Below are positions 31,898 through 40,066 of a stretch of DNA of 64,000 nucleotides, one piece after another (the stretch's first letter is position 1; the number at the start of each line of letters is the position of its first letter). The DNA comes from an uncultured Muribaculaceae bacterium (GTDB lineage Bacteria; Bacteroidota; Bacteroidia; Bacteroidales; Muribaculaceae). The stretch covers positions 4,011 to 68,010 of the forward strand of contig CAJTZQ010000006.1 in assembly GCA_910583795.1 (NCBI GenBank), in the 5' to 3' direction. The translations under genes were made by a program, and so were the position numbers. The notes beneath the pieces were generated by a model, which did no database searches, had not been told where the DNA came from, and was given only the letters and a program-made list of their open reading frames with translations.

Positions 31898-32890
31898 TCA
31901 TTCATTCGCACGAAACACTACCCATGGAATAATCCCCTTGTATTTTGCATGGGGATATGGTTTCGTGCCGATATCATGTCGCGTACCGACTGAATCACGA
32001 TAGAAGTTATAGTCGTTTCCCCCCGTAATATAGATTGCATCGGTGAAACCATACTCACGTAACGCATCTGCAAAATCCCACATTGTCTCTTTATATTTGG
32101 AGGCAATATAGTAAAGTTTTCCGGAAAGAGACGCCATTGCCCTTCGCTCAACTTTTCCATGCAATTGAAATCCGGAAGCCACCACCCCGTCAATCAACAA
32201 AGGAAATTGCCGGAAGAAAGATCCGTCCTTACTTTTCACATAATCTTTCACATCCTCATTGTCGCTGATTCCGATAACCATATTGCCGTTTGCCATAGCC
32301 ATATATCCTGTGCGGGAATTGTCTGACGCAATTTCTTTTCCTGAAGCGACAAGCGACCCGATCACAGTGCTGTCAGGACGATAATCCGCACTTCTTGCGT
32401 ATAAAAAGACTTTTCTGTCAGCAGTATCCGGTTCTTCAAATTCGATATCGGCACGCAATCCCCTCAACTGGTAAAAATCAAGTGCCACGCCCAATATACT
32501 GTCAGAAGTCTTTATCACCTCCGGTCGCACACTATTGATCTCTTTCCCTAACGCAGAAATATTTTCGATATGGGAAACAGATTCCACATTGTTTTTATCA
32601 CGTAGCAACGTATAGACCGTCAATCCCAATATCACACACAATACAATAACACAACACGCCACGCTCCATTTCATCACAGACCTGATGTTGCGTGCCCTGT
32701 TTTCATTTGAAATCTTTCCTGATTCCGAGGCTACAATCTCTACCTTGTCATCGTCTTCTATATGTGCCAAAGAAGAAGTGCCTGTAGAGGAAAGTTCATC
32801 GTTATCCCGTTCTACCGATATTTGTGGCACTTCAGGATTTTGTCCTTTATTATTAATATCCTTATTATCCATCTTGTCACTCGTTTTCAA
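31898..32890 (-). CDS. Membrane-anchored hypothetical protein, possibly phosphodiester-glycosidase (NAGPA)-like
   Basis: Acidic N-terminus, one TM, FFRQFPLL..G, RRAMA and DAIYITGG resemble NAGPA motifs; overlaps the LytTR gene. Confidence 0.55.
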   Translation of the reverse strand: MKTSDKMDNKDINNKGQNPEVPQISVERDNDELSSTGTSSLAHIEDDDKVEIVASESGKISNENRARNIRSVMKWSVACCVIVLCVILGLTVYTLLRDKNNVESVSHIENISALGKEINSVRPEVIKTSDSILGVALDFYQLRGLRADIEFEEPDTADRKVFLYARSADYRPDSTVIGSLVASGKEIASDNSRTGYMAMANGNMVIGISDNEDVKDYVKSKDGSFFRQFPLLIDGVVASGFQLHGKVERRAMASLSGKLYYIASKYKETMWDFADALREYGFTDAIYITGGNDYNFYRDSVGTRHDIGTKPYPHAKYKGIIPWVVFRANE

Positions 32891-33227
32891 GCATTTCTTT
32901 CAAATCCTTTAAAGCTGCACGCCCTACTTTTAAAGAAGGTATATTCGTATTTACTGAGTCCCCTCCGAACTTCAATATCCGTTCCGATAGGTTTATCAGA
33001 CGGATATGACGCTTGTTTACAATCAAACTCCTTCCTATGCGCACAAACGGATTGTCCACAAGCTTGCTGAATACATCTTCAAAATAATGAAGCTGAAACG
33101 TCATCTTATGGACGCACCCGTTCGACAATACGAGATCGGAATAATTGCCGTCAGCAATCACATATACTATCTCATGCGTCGCAACCCTGAGCAATTCAGT
33201 GGATGTTGAAATCTTGAGCCATTCCAT
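32877..33227 (-). CDS. Stand-alone LytTR DNA-binding regulator
   Basis: IVYVIADGNYS, FVRIGRSLIVNK..I; no receiver domain. Confidence 0.9.
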   Translation of the reverse strand: MEWLKISTSTELLRVATHEIVYVIADGNYSDLVLSNGCVHKMTFQLHYFEDVFSKLVDNPFVRIGRSLIVNKRHIRLINLSERILKFGGDSVNTNIPSLKVGRAALKDLKEMLENE

Positions 33228-33272
33228 GTAATAATAACGGCGTTACAAGTCAATTATTCGTCCTATGATTCT

Positions 33273-33351
33273 CATTTCATACATCAAACGCAGCAATTCA
33301 TACAGTCTTTGGAGATTTCTTTGATTATCGGCATCGGCAATTCTAACTTTG
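33273..33351 (+). promoter_or_regulatory. Putative LytTR direct-repeat operator CA(T/A)TTCATACA x2 plus TTTG-N20-TAACTTTG promoter
   Basis: Repeats at 33273-33283 and 33294-33304 (21-bp period); promoter boxes at 33320-33323 and 33344-33351. Confidence 0.7.
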
Positions 33352-33373
33352 CCGCAAATAAAAACTATCAGTC

Positions 33374-33982
33374 ATGGAAATAACAAGTATCAATTACGAA
33401 GAGCCCCGCTATTCCATGCGTCGGCTTGGAATCAAAATCCTTTTCATCTTCTTAGTCTCGTTTATTCTGGCATTGGTTGCAGGCGGAATAGATGCTTTGG
33501 CTTCCGCACGTGAGAACTCGGGTCTTCTGTCAAAAGAAAACTGTCAGCTCGTTGCAAATTCAACATCCTATTGTTTCGCGCTGATCTTCATCTCATCTCT
33601 CACCCTCGTTCTTATTGAGGTGGCTTTCAGAAAAGAGATCAATTATCTTCAATATGCACTCATCGGGTGTGCTCTCTGTCTTTTTTATCTCCTGCTGCTC
33701 TCGATCTCTGAATTGATATCCTTCCTACCCTCGTTCCTGATTGCCGCATTGATGACTGTGGCATTGATTTCGATTTTTGTAAACGGTATCACCGGAAAGG
33801 TAAAGACGATGGTGATCACTACTGCCGTGCTGACTGCTGAATACGCACTTATCTATATCCTTGCAAGTATAGACTCGATGGCTTTGCTGATTGGAAGTCT
33901 GTCGTTGTTCGCGCTTATCGCCTTGGCGATGTATTTCACGATCAAACTAAAAATCGAAAACAACGAACTCATACTGAAATAA
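33374..33982 (+). CDS. Short CreD-like inner-membrane protein (membrane domain only)
   Basis: LQYALIGCALCLFYLLLLSISE, ALLIGSLSLF..AMYFT match the CreD C-terminus. Confidence 0.8.
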   Translation: MEITSINYEEPRYSMRRLGIKILFIFLVSFILALVAGGIDALASARENSGLLSKENCQLVANSTSYCFALIFISSLTLVLIEVAFRKEINYLQYALIGCALCLFYLLLLSISELISFLPSFLIAALMTVALISIFVNGITGKVKTMVITTAVLTAEYALIYILASIDSMALLIGSLSLFALIALAMYFTIKLKIENNELILK

Positions 33983-33985
33983 GTC

Positions 33986-35185
33986 ATGCAACAGCAGTTA
34001 ACCCCTCCCCCTTTTCCCATACAACCTAAAAAAGTATCTTACGGCATCAAGGTACTGTTGATGGGATTGCAATGTTTTATCCTTATGCTCGGCGCACTCG
34101 CCGTGTTGCTCATCACCATCGAACGGGAAGGCAACAATCGTGACGTGTCAGACAAGTTTGTATCCGAATGGGGTGGCGATGTGGAGATACAGGCACCTTG
34201 CGCCACAAAAGGTACTGATTCGAAGATTGCCATATCGCCGTCAGAATTCAAATGTAATATTGATGTAGACTCCAAATCACTTCACCGGGGCATATATGAA
34301 GCCGAAGTGTTTGACGCACGCGTCTCGATGTCGGGCATTTTCAATCGTGACAGTCTTTCCGCTATCGGAGACCTGGTATGCATAGATCTCCCTGTCCCTC
34401 AAAAGGAAGTGTCCAAATTAAATAAACTGTCGATATGTGGCAAGGAATATTCCTGGGAACGGGAAGGTTCGCGTTTTTATTCAATAATCGACATCAACGA
34501 TGTCGAAGGGAATCTCACCTATGCCATAGAATACGACGTCAGGGGATCGAAAGAGATAGTTGTGACAGAACTCGGAGACAAATCCACCATCACTATTGAG
34601 GGAGTGGCATCCAATCCATCATTCTCCGGAAGCCTGTTACCGGATGAAAGGACAATAAAAGAGGATAAATTCAAAGCTACATGGAATTTCGAGAACCGTA
34701 AATCAAGCTATATCTCTGCGTACGACAATAACGCAAGAGTCTCTTTTCTCGTTGGTGTAGACCGCTATCAGAAAGTGGAACGTTCCCTTAAATATGCCTT
34801 CATAATAATCCTGTTGACTTTTGCCACCATCCTATTCACTGAAATCATTCTACATCATCCCATACCCCTGCTCAACTATTTCCTCATCGGGGCTGCGCTA
34901 ATAATTTTTTATTCATTGTTACTGTCATTTGTCGAACACGTATCGTTTGGATATGCCTACCTGATTGCTGCCGCCATGACAGTGCTTCTGATCACCACAT
35001 ACATGTGGAAGATGCTTAAATCGAGAAAAGTGGGACTTACCATTGGCGCAATCCTGACAGGCATTTACGCAGGATGCTACGTGATGCTCTGCCTGTCAGA
35101 CTACGCATTACTCATGGGCAGCCTCATCCTCTTCTCCACCCTCGCCTCCATCATGTACGTCTCCCTCAAAATCAAAACCCAATAA
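33986..35185 (+). CDS. creD: Inner-membrane protein CreD
   Basis: ER..W, RGIYEA, PSFSG.LLP, YQKVERSLKYA, YFLIGAALIIFYSLLLSFVEH. Confidence 0.88.
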   Translation: MQQQLTPPPFPIQPKKVSYGIKVLLMGLQCFILMLGALAVLLITIEREGNNRDVSDKFVSEWGGDVEIQAPCATKGTDSKIAISPSEFKCNIDVDSKSLHRGIYEAEVFDARVSMSGIFNRDSLSAIGDLVCIDLPVPQKEVSKLNKLSICGKEYSWEREGSRFYSIIDINDVEGNLTYAIEYDVRGSKEIVVTELGDKSTITIEGVASNPSFSGSLLPDERTIKEDKFKATWNFENRKSSYISAYDNNARVSFLVGVDRYQKVERSLKYAFIIILLTFATILFTEIILHHPIPLLNYFLIGAALIIFYSLLLSFVEHVSFGYAYLIAAAMTVLLITTYMWKMLKSRKVGLTIGAILTGIYAGCYVMLCLSDYALLMGSLILFSTLASIMYVSLKIKTQ

Positions 35186-35186
35186 T

Positions 35187-35221
35187 ACGCGTCTCCGACA
35201 TCCCGAGTGTCGGAGACGTGT
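35187..35221 (+). terminator. GC-rich hairpin after creD
   Basis: CGTCTCCGACA/TGTCGGAGACG stem; no strong T-tail. Confidence 0.5.
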
Positions 35222-35311
35222 CGGAGACTTAACATCTTACCCTCTCCACAGGAGGTCATGAGCAGGACGTAAAAGCCATGCTCGAACTCTACGACGACCT
35301 CATCGAACGGG

Positions 35312-35622
35312 ATGAACCCCAAAACGACCAAGAAACCACCCGGAGCGACCAAAAAACTACCCAGAGTGAACCCCAAAACGACCAAGAAATCACCCGAAGC
35401 GACAAAGGAAACTCCGGAACTACCCAGAGTGAATCCCAAAACGACCAAGAAACTACCCAAAGCGACAAATAAAACTTTGAAGCGACCAAGAAACTACCCA
35501 AAGTGGCCCCCAAAACGACAAAGAAAACCCTGAAACTACCCAGAGTGACCCCAAAAACGACAAAGAAAACCCTGAAACTACTCAGAGTGACCCCAAAAAC
35601 GACAAAGAAAACTACCCGGAAC
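35312..35622. repeat. Degenerate tandem repeat tract (21/33/42-nt units, core GAC(C/A)AAGAAACTACCC)
   Basis: 42-nt units at 35517-35558 and 35559-35600 differ by one base; first half encodes DQETTQS-like repeats. Confidence 0.85.
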
Positions 35623-35629
35623 AATAGGA

Positions 35630-35770
35630 TAACCCTATAACCTCATAACCCTTTAACCCTCGACCTTTCAAAAAAAGGACGAATTATAATTTACCTTTTC
35701 AACCCTGTCGGTATATCTATATGTGTTCATAACCCTCTAACCCTCGACCTTTCAAAAATGGTCGAATTAA
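35630..35770 (+). repeat. Two REP-like units: (TAACCCN)n followed by TCGACCTTT..GG(A/T)CGAAT hairpin
   Basis: Hairpins start at 35660 and 35744. Confidence 0.75.
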
Positions 35771-35824
35771 AAAAATTGATATGCAATGACCCCATATACC
35801 GATTTTTTTGCTAAATTCGCATCC

Positions 35825-36050
35825 GAGAAACAACAGGTGTTGATTGCCCGAACTTCCTCATTCAAACTTGGCGGTTTAGAATCTAACGAGAAGAAAGGCA
35901 AAAGAAACACACCGCATGCCGTACCCATAACTGAGGTAAGGCAAAAAAACCGGTGTGGGGCTATTGCTTTATCGTCGTTAGAGGTACGCCAAGACCCGAA
36001 TGAGCGAAAAAAGCGACGCGCCCCGCACCGTTGTCGTATCCGGACCTCAC
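35825..36050 (+). ncRNA. Candidate structured RNA element 1: two hairpins with three mutually complementary 7-nt boxes
   Basis: CTCATTC/CTTGGCG/TCTAACG (35857-35888) are exact complements of GAATGAG/CGCCAAG/CGTTAGA (35976-36004); promoter-like TAAATTCG at 35812. Confidence 0.65.
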
Positions 36051-36068
36051 GTAGGGAGCGGAAACGAG

Positions 36069-36200
36069 TAACCCCTTAACCCTCTAACCCCTTAACCCTC
36101 GACTTTCAAGAGCGAAAGTCGAATTAAAACAAAATTGAATATTAACCTCTTAACCTTCTACCCCCTTAACATCGACTTTCAAGAGCGAAAGTCGAATAAA
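36069..36200 (+). repeat. Two REP-like units: (TAACCYY)n + TCGACTTTC-AAGAGC-GAAAGTCGA
   Basis: Identical 24-nt hairpins at 36099-36122 and 36172-36195. Confidence 0.85.
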
Positions 36201-36259
36201 AACAAGTAAAAAAATACCATTGCAATTGGCGAATGTCGCCAAAAAGTTCTATCTTTGCG

Positions 36260-36700
36260 ACAGCAGACCCGCGGACGTGTCCGCAACCCTGCAAAGACAT
36301 AAGAAGAACGAGCGTCACGACCCGTTGTCCACCGCTGAAAATCTGGACAATTTTCAATCATACGGACAACAAGCAATGGCGCTCACGCTAAAGCGTATAC
36401 AAACGGGCACTCCCCTTTTGCCAAGTCACACAAAGACAAGGCAAAAGAAAGAGTGTTGTATACCCGTCCTCATTCCATCCGGAACATAATTCCCTACGGA
36501 ATTGCACTTCCATCAGGAATCTGATTTCATCAGGAACAAGATTCTCAGGAATACAAATCCCACAGGAATTTGGTTCCGACTGGAATAATACAGAGGCGAG
36601 GGATAACCGCAGGTATATACAAAGGCGTGGGCTATTTACTTGTTACGTATGATCGGCAGTCCAGAGCCGCAGCGGAGTAACAAAGGCCCACGCCTTTCGT
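36260..36700 (+). ncRNA. Candidate structured RNA element 2 (5' leader of the vWA-kinase-Hsp70 operon)
   Basis: TATCTTTG -7 box at 36250; CCGCTG/TCTGGAC/ATCATACG (36332-36364) complement CAGCGG/GTCCAGA/CGTATGAT (36646-36675); several long stems; seven TTCC-N4-GGAA-like units. Confidence 0.7.
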
Positions 36701-36841
36701 CATTTACCGACCGGTAAATGCACCTTATACTTATAATAAATAATTCTGGAAGCACTCTATAAATAGAGACACCATAGCTTTCTACAATATCTAAATAAAT
36801 CTAATATCATTGGTATGGTGTTCAATGGTAATGATTGTTAT

Positions 36842-37522
36842 ATGTCTGGACAAGGATTAAAGTACAATGTTGACATTGTAATGTGCATAGACTGTACAGG
36901 TAGTATGGGTGGCCTTTTGGACACTGTAAAAAACAACGCTCTCAAATTTTATCCAGATTTATGCGCAAGATGCGAAGATAAGGGCAAAGAAATATCTGAA
37001 CTTCGCATTCGTGCTATTGCTTTCCGTGATTTTGACTGTGATGGTAACGCTGCTGTTGCTGATACTGGGTTCATGAATATTCCAGCCCAAGAGTCTGGTT
37101 TTAAGAGCTTCGTAAGTGGACTTAGACCTGCCGGAGGTGGTGATGAACCGGAAAATGGACTTGAGGCTCTTGCCATGGCTATCAATTCTGATTGGACAAC
37201 AGGAGGAGACAGGCGCCGTCATGTTGTAGTGATTTGGTCAGATGCTTCTACCCATCCACTTGGCGTAGGTAAATCGAATCCTACATATCCCCAAAATATG
37301 CCTGCTGATTTTGACGAGTTGACAGATTGGTGGGAAGATGAGCAATCAGGGAAGATGTGTAAGTCTGCAAAGAGGTTGATTATTTTTGCACCGGATGCCA
37401 GTGCTTGGACTGAGATTGGGATGAACTGGACAAATACAATTCATCATCCTGCAAAGGCAGGCGATGGATTGGAAGACATAGATTACGAGACAATTCTTTC
37501 TTCAATCGTAAACTCAATCTAA
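36842..37522 (+). CDS. von Willebrand factor A (vWA) domain protein
   Basis: MIDAS-like IDCTGSM, GGGDEPENGLEAL, VIWSDA; start may be 36815. Confidence 0.88.
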   Translation: MSGQGLKYNVDIVMCIDCTGSMGGLLDTVKNNALKFYPDLCARCEDKGKEISELRIRAIAFRDFDCDGNAAVADTGFMNIPAQESGFKSFVSGLRPAGGGDEPENGLEALAMAINSDWTTGGDRRRHVVVIWSDASTHPLGVGKSNPTYPQNMPADFDELTDWWEDEQSGKMCKSAKRLIIFAPDASAWTEIGMNWTNTIHHPAKAGDGLEDIDYETILSSIVNSI

Positions 37523-37524
37523 TT

Positions 37525-38856
37525 ATGAATCCCATAAGCTTAAAGTTTATGATAGAGAAGAGAGAGGATCATGGAGAAGATTCAGAACCTCTCTCTATCT
37601 CTAAGGACGAGTTCTATGCCGTAGGTGTATTCGACGGTATGGGAGGTTCTGGTGCGACTATTTGCAAATCCGAGTTTGGAGATGATCACACTAAAGCTTA
37701 TGTAGCATCAAGAATAATACGTGAAGCCATAAACAACTATTTAGGAAACGCTAAAGATGTTCGAAAAATAAATTCAGAAGGTATTAGATCAACTGCCCGA
37801 GGACGCCTTGAACAAGAAAAGATCATCTATCCAACAAAAGTTTCAAAACTTAGAAGCAAGTTAGTACGTGATTACCCGACAACTCTTGCTATAACCACTG
37901 CCCTTAAGAATGACGACGAGACATATGTCGTTAATAGTTATTGGGCAGGTGATTCCCGTAATTATTTATGGACACCAGAAGGTTTTTTTCAAATTTCTAA
38001 AGATGATCTTGATACTGAATCAGACCCCCTTGAGAATTTGAGAAATGATAGCGCTTTGTCTAATTGTATATGTGCAGATAGGGAGTTTAATATAAATAAT
38101 AAAACAATTCAGGTCTCAGAAAAATTCGTTATTTTAAGCGCGACAGATGGTTGTTTTAATTATTTCGCTACTCCAATGCACTTTCAAGAAGTTCTTTTAT
38201 CAGGACTAAAGTTTTCTGAAAATGTAGAAGGATGGGAGAATTTCTGCAAAAAAGAATTTTCCTCCGTGGCAGGAGACGATGTATCTATCTCTTTACTCGC
38301 TATTGGTTTTGACAGTTTCAAAGATTTGAAAGAATCTTTTATGGAGTCAACCATTGTTGGAATTGACGAAATTAAGAAGGCTCAAGATAGTATTATATAT
38401 CTTACCTCTAAAATTGAATCTGAGAAAAAAAATTTGAAGGCTCTTATCCAGTCAGAATGGGCAGAGTATAAAGTTTCGTACATGAAGTATTTCAGTGTAG
38501 AAACAGAGTCTGATAACATTGAAATTACCTCAGAAGAACCTTCCACAGACACTCATTTTGATGGTAATGACGTTGTTCCGACAAAAGATAAAGTTTGTAG
38601 TGAAGAAATACCCGAAGCTGCAGAAGATTCAATTAGCTTTGAGAAAGAAAACACAGAAATTTCCTCAGAAGATTCTTTACCTAAAGAAAAAAGCAACGAT
38701 AACACTAATACCGCTGACACTGTCGTTTCTGAGACTAAACCCGAATCATCAGAAATTGAGGTGACCGAAAATGATAAATCGCTTTCTGACAAAGAAGAAT
38801 CTTCAAAGATTATAACTGAAGCTAATGCGGTACATTCTATAGATAAGCTTATCTAA
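37525..38856 (+). CDS. PP2C-like Ser/Thr phosphatase with acidic low-complexity tail
   Basis: VFDGMGG, WAGDSR, LSATDG, GDDVS; frame continues past the TAA to 38973. Confidence 0.85.
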   Translation: MNPISLKFMIEKREDHGEDSEPLSISKDEFYAVGVFDGMGGSGATICKSEFGDDHTKAYVASRIIREAINNYLGNAKDVRKINSEGIRSTARGRLEQEKIIYPTKVSKLRSKLVRDYPTTLAITTALKNDDETYVVNSYWAGDSRNYLWTPEGFFQISKDDLDTESDPLENLRNDSALSNCICADREFNINNKTIQVSEKFVILSATDGCFNYFATPMHFQEVLLSGLKFSENVEGWENFCKKEFSSVAGDDVSISLLAIGFDSFKDLKESFMESTIVGIDEIKKAQDSIIYLTSKIESEKKNLKALIQSEWAEYKVSYMKYFSVETESDNIEITSEEPSTDTHFDGNDVVPTKDKVCSEEIPEAAEDSISFEKENTEISSEDSLPKEKSNDNTNTADTVVSETKPESSEIEVTENDKSLSDKEESSKIITEANAVHSIDKLI

Positions 38857-38959
38857 GAAAAAACAAGAATAGAAAAATCCATTGATAAGAAACCGCAAAC
38901 AGAGTCTCCTGTGTTTCTCTCAAATATTCTAAGAACGGGATTCGATATGATAATATCCT

Positions 38960-40066
38960 ATGTTAAAAGATGAAATTATAAATGGCTATCGGATTCTTGA
39001 AGATTTCAAGATCGCTGGTGGGATGAGTAAGGTTTCTTTTGCTGAGAAAGAAGGGAAAACTTATTTCATCAAGGAATTCTTATCTCCTAAATATCCCACT
39101 CCTGACAGTCCAGGTAGTGAAAAGACAAAAGAAAAGAAACGTAAAGCTTGTGATGAATTTGAAAAGCATCATAGGGATTTAAATAATGCTATCGGAAAAT
39201 GTTGTGCAGGTACAGGAGGACACCTAATATATGCTATTGACTTTTTCCGTAATGGGGCATCCTATTATAAGGTTACAGAAAAAATAGACATTTCAACTCT
39301 ACCTTGTGAAAGTATAGCACTTCTTCCTATTGAAAAGATTCTTCTTATTGCTAAGTCTGCAGTTCATAGTATAAAAATTCTTCATGGCTTAAAAATCGTA
39401 CATGGAGATTTAAAGCCCGACAATCTCCCAATTAAAAGAGCAGCGGCAGGACATGTAGTAAAGCTCATAGACTTTGATGATAGCTATTTTGAATGCAATC
39501 CACCTTCAGATCGGGAAAACCTTGTCGGGACTCCGGAGTATTATTCTCCAGAGCAAGCGGCTTATATCATGGATGAAGATGAAGAAATAGAAAGAGATAC
39601 GCTCACTTGCAAATCTGACATATTCACTCTTGGTATCATCTTCAGCGAATACTTTACTGGTGAAAAACCAATTTTATCAGGTGGTCATAAGAATACATGG
39701 ACTTGTATAAACGATGGTAAATCAATATCATTCAAGAAGACATTACCTTCCAAAATCGAGAATTTGATAAGATCAATGCTATCTCTTAATCCAAATGATC
39801 GTCCTTCAATAAGTGAAGTATTCAACATACTTAAAGACGTGAAGCCAGAAGATGGAGTTTCTGGTGGGGAAACTATAACTTCAGGTTCAATACCTAAGAA
39901 GCCTCCTTTACGGTTTGGTCCTGGATTCAAGCCTTCTGGAGGTAAATCACCAACGATAACGTCTGAATCACCAAAACGACCAGCAATCCTACCAATTTCT
40001 TCTGAAGATAAACCAAAAACGTCAGGGAATCTACGTGGCAAAGGTCTAAAAATTGCTGATAAATAA
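38960..40066 (+). CDS. Hanks-type Ser/Thr protein kinase
   Basis: YFIKEF, HGDLKPDN, LIDFD, GTPEYYSPE, SDIFTLG, P.DRPS. Confidence 0.93.
   Translation: MLKDEIINGYRILEDFKIAGGMSKVSFAEKEGKTYFIKEFLSPKYPTPDSPGSEKTKEKKRKACDEFEKHHRDLNNAIGKCCAGTGGHLIYAIDFFRNGASYYKVTEKIDISTLPCESIALLPIEKILLIAKSAVHSIKILHGLKIVHGDLKPDNLPIKRAAAGHVVKLIDFDDSYFECNPPSDRENLVGTPEYYSPEQAAYIMDEDEEIERDTLTCKSDIFTLGIIFSEYFTGEKPILSGGHKNTWTCINDGKSISFKKTLPSKIENLIRSMLSLNPNDRPSISEVFNILKDVKPEDGVSGGETITSGSIPKKPPLRFGPGFKPSGGKSPTITSESPKRPAILPISSEDKPKTSGNLRGKGLKIADK

Noticed and set aside
35312..35622. Possible CRISPR array
   Set aside because: Units are contiguous and degenerate with no unique spacers; no cas genes in the window
36069..36170. 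Telomere-like TAACCC repeats as eukaryotic contamination
   Set aside because: They are degenerate heptamers embedded in bacterial intergenic DNA, mostly next to the REP-like hairpin
35786..36489. ORFs 35786..36079 and 36220..36489 as proteins
   Set aside because: Both start upstream of the putative -7 promoter boxes, overlap strongly structured sequence and show no recognisable motif; not fully excluded
36473..36585. CsrB/RsmZ-like sRNA (repeated GGA)
   Set aside because: The GGA falls in the predicted TTCC/GGAA stems rather than loops, and there is no csrA evidence here; kept only as an unexplained array
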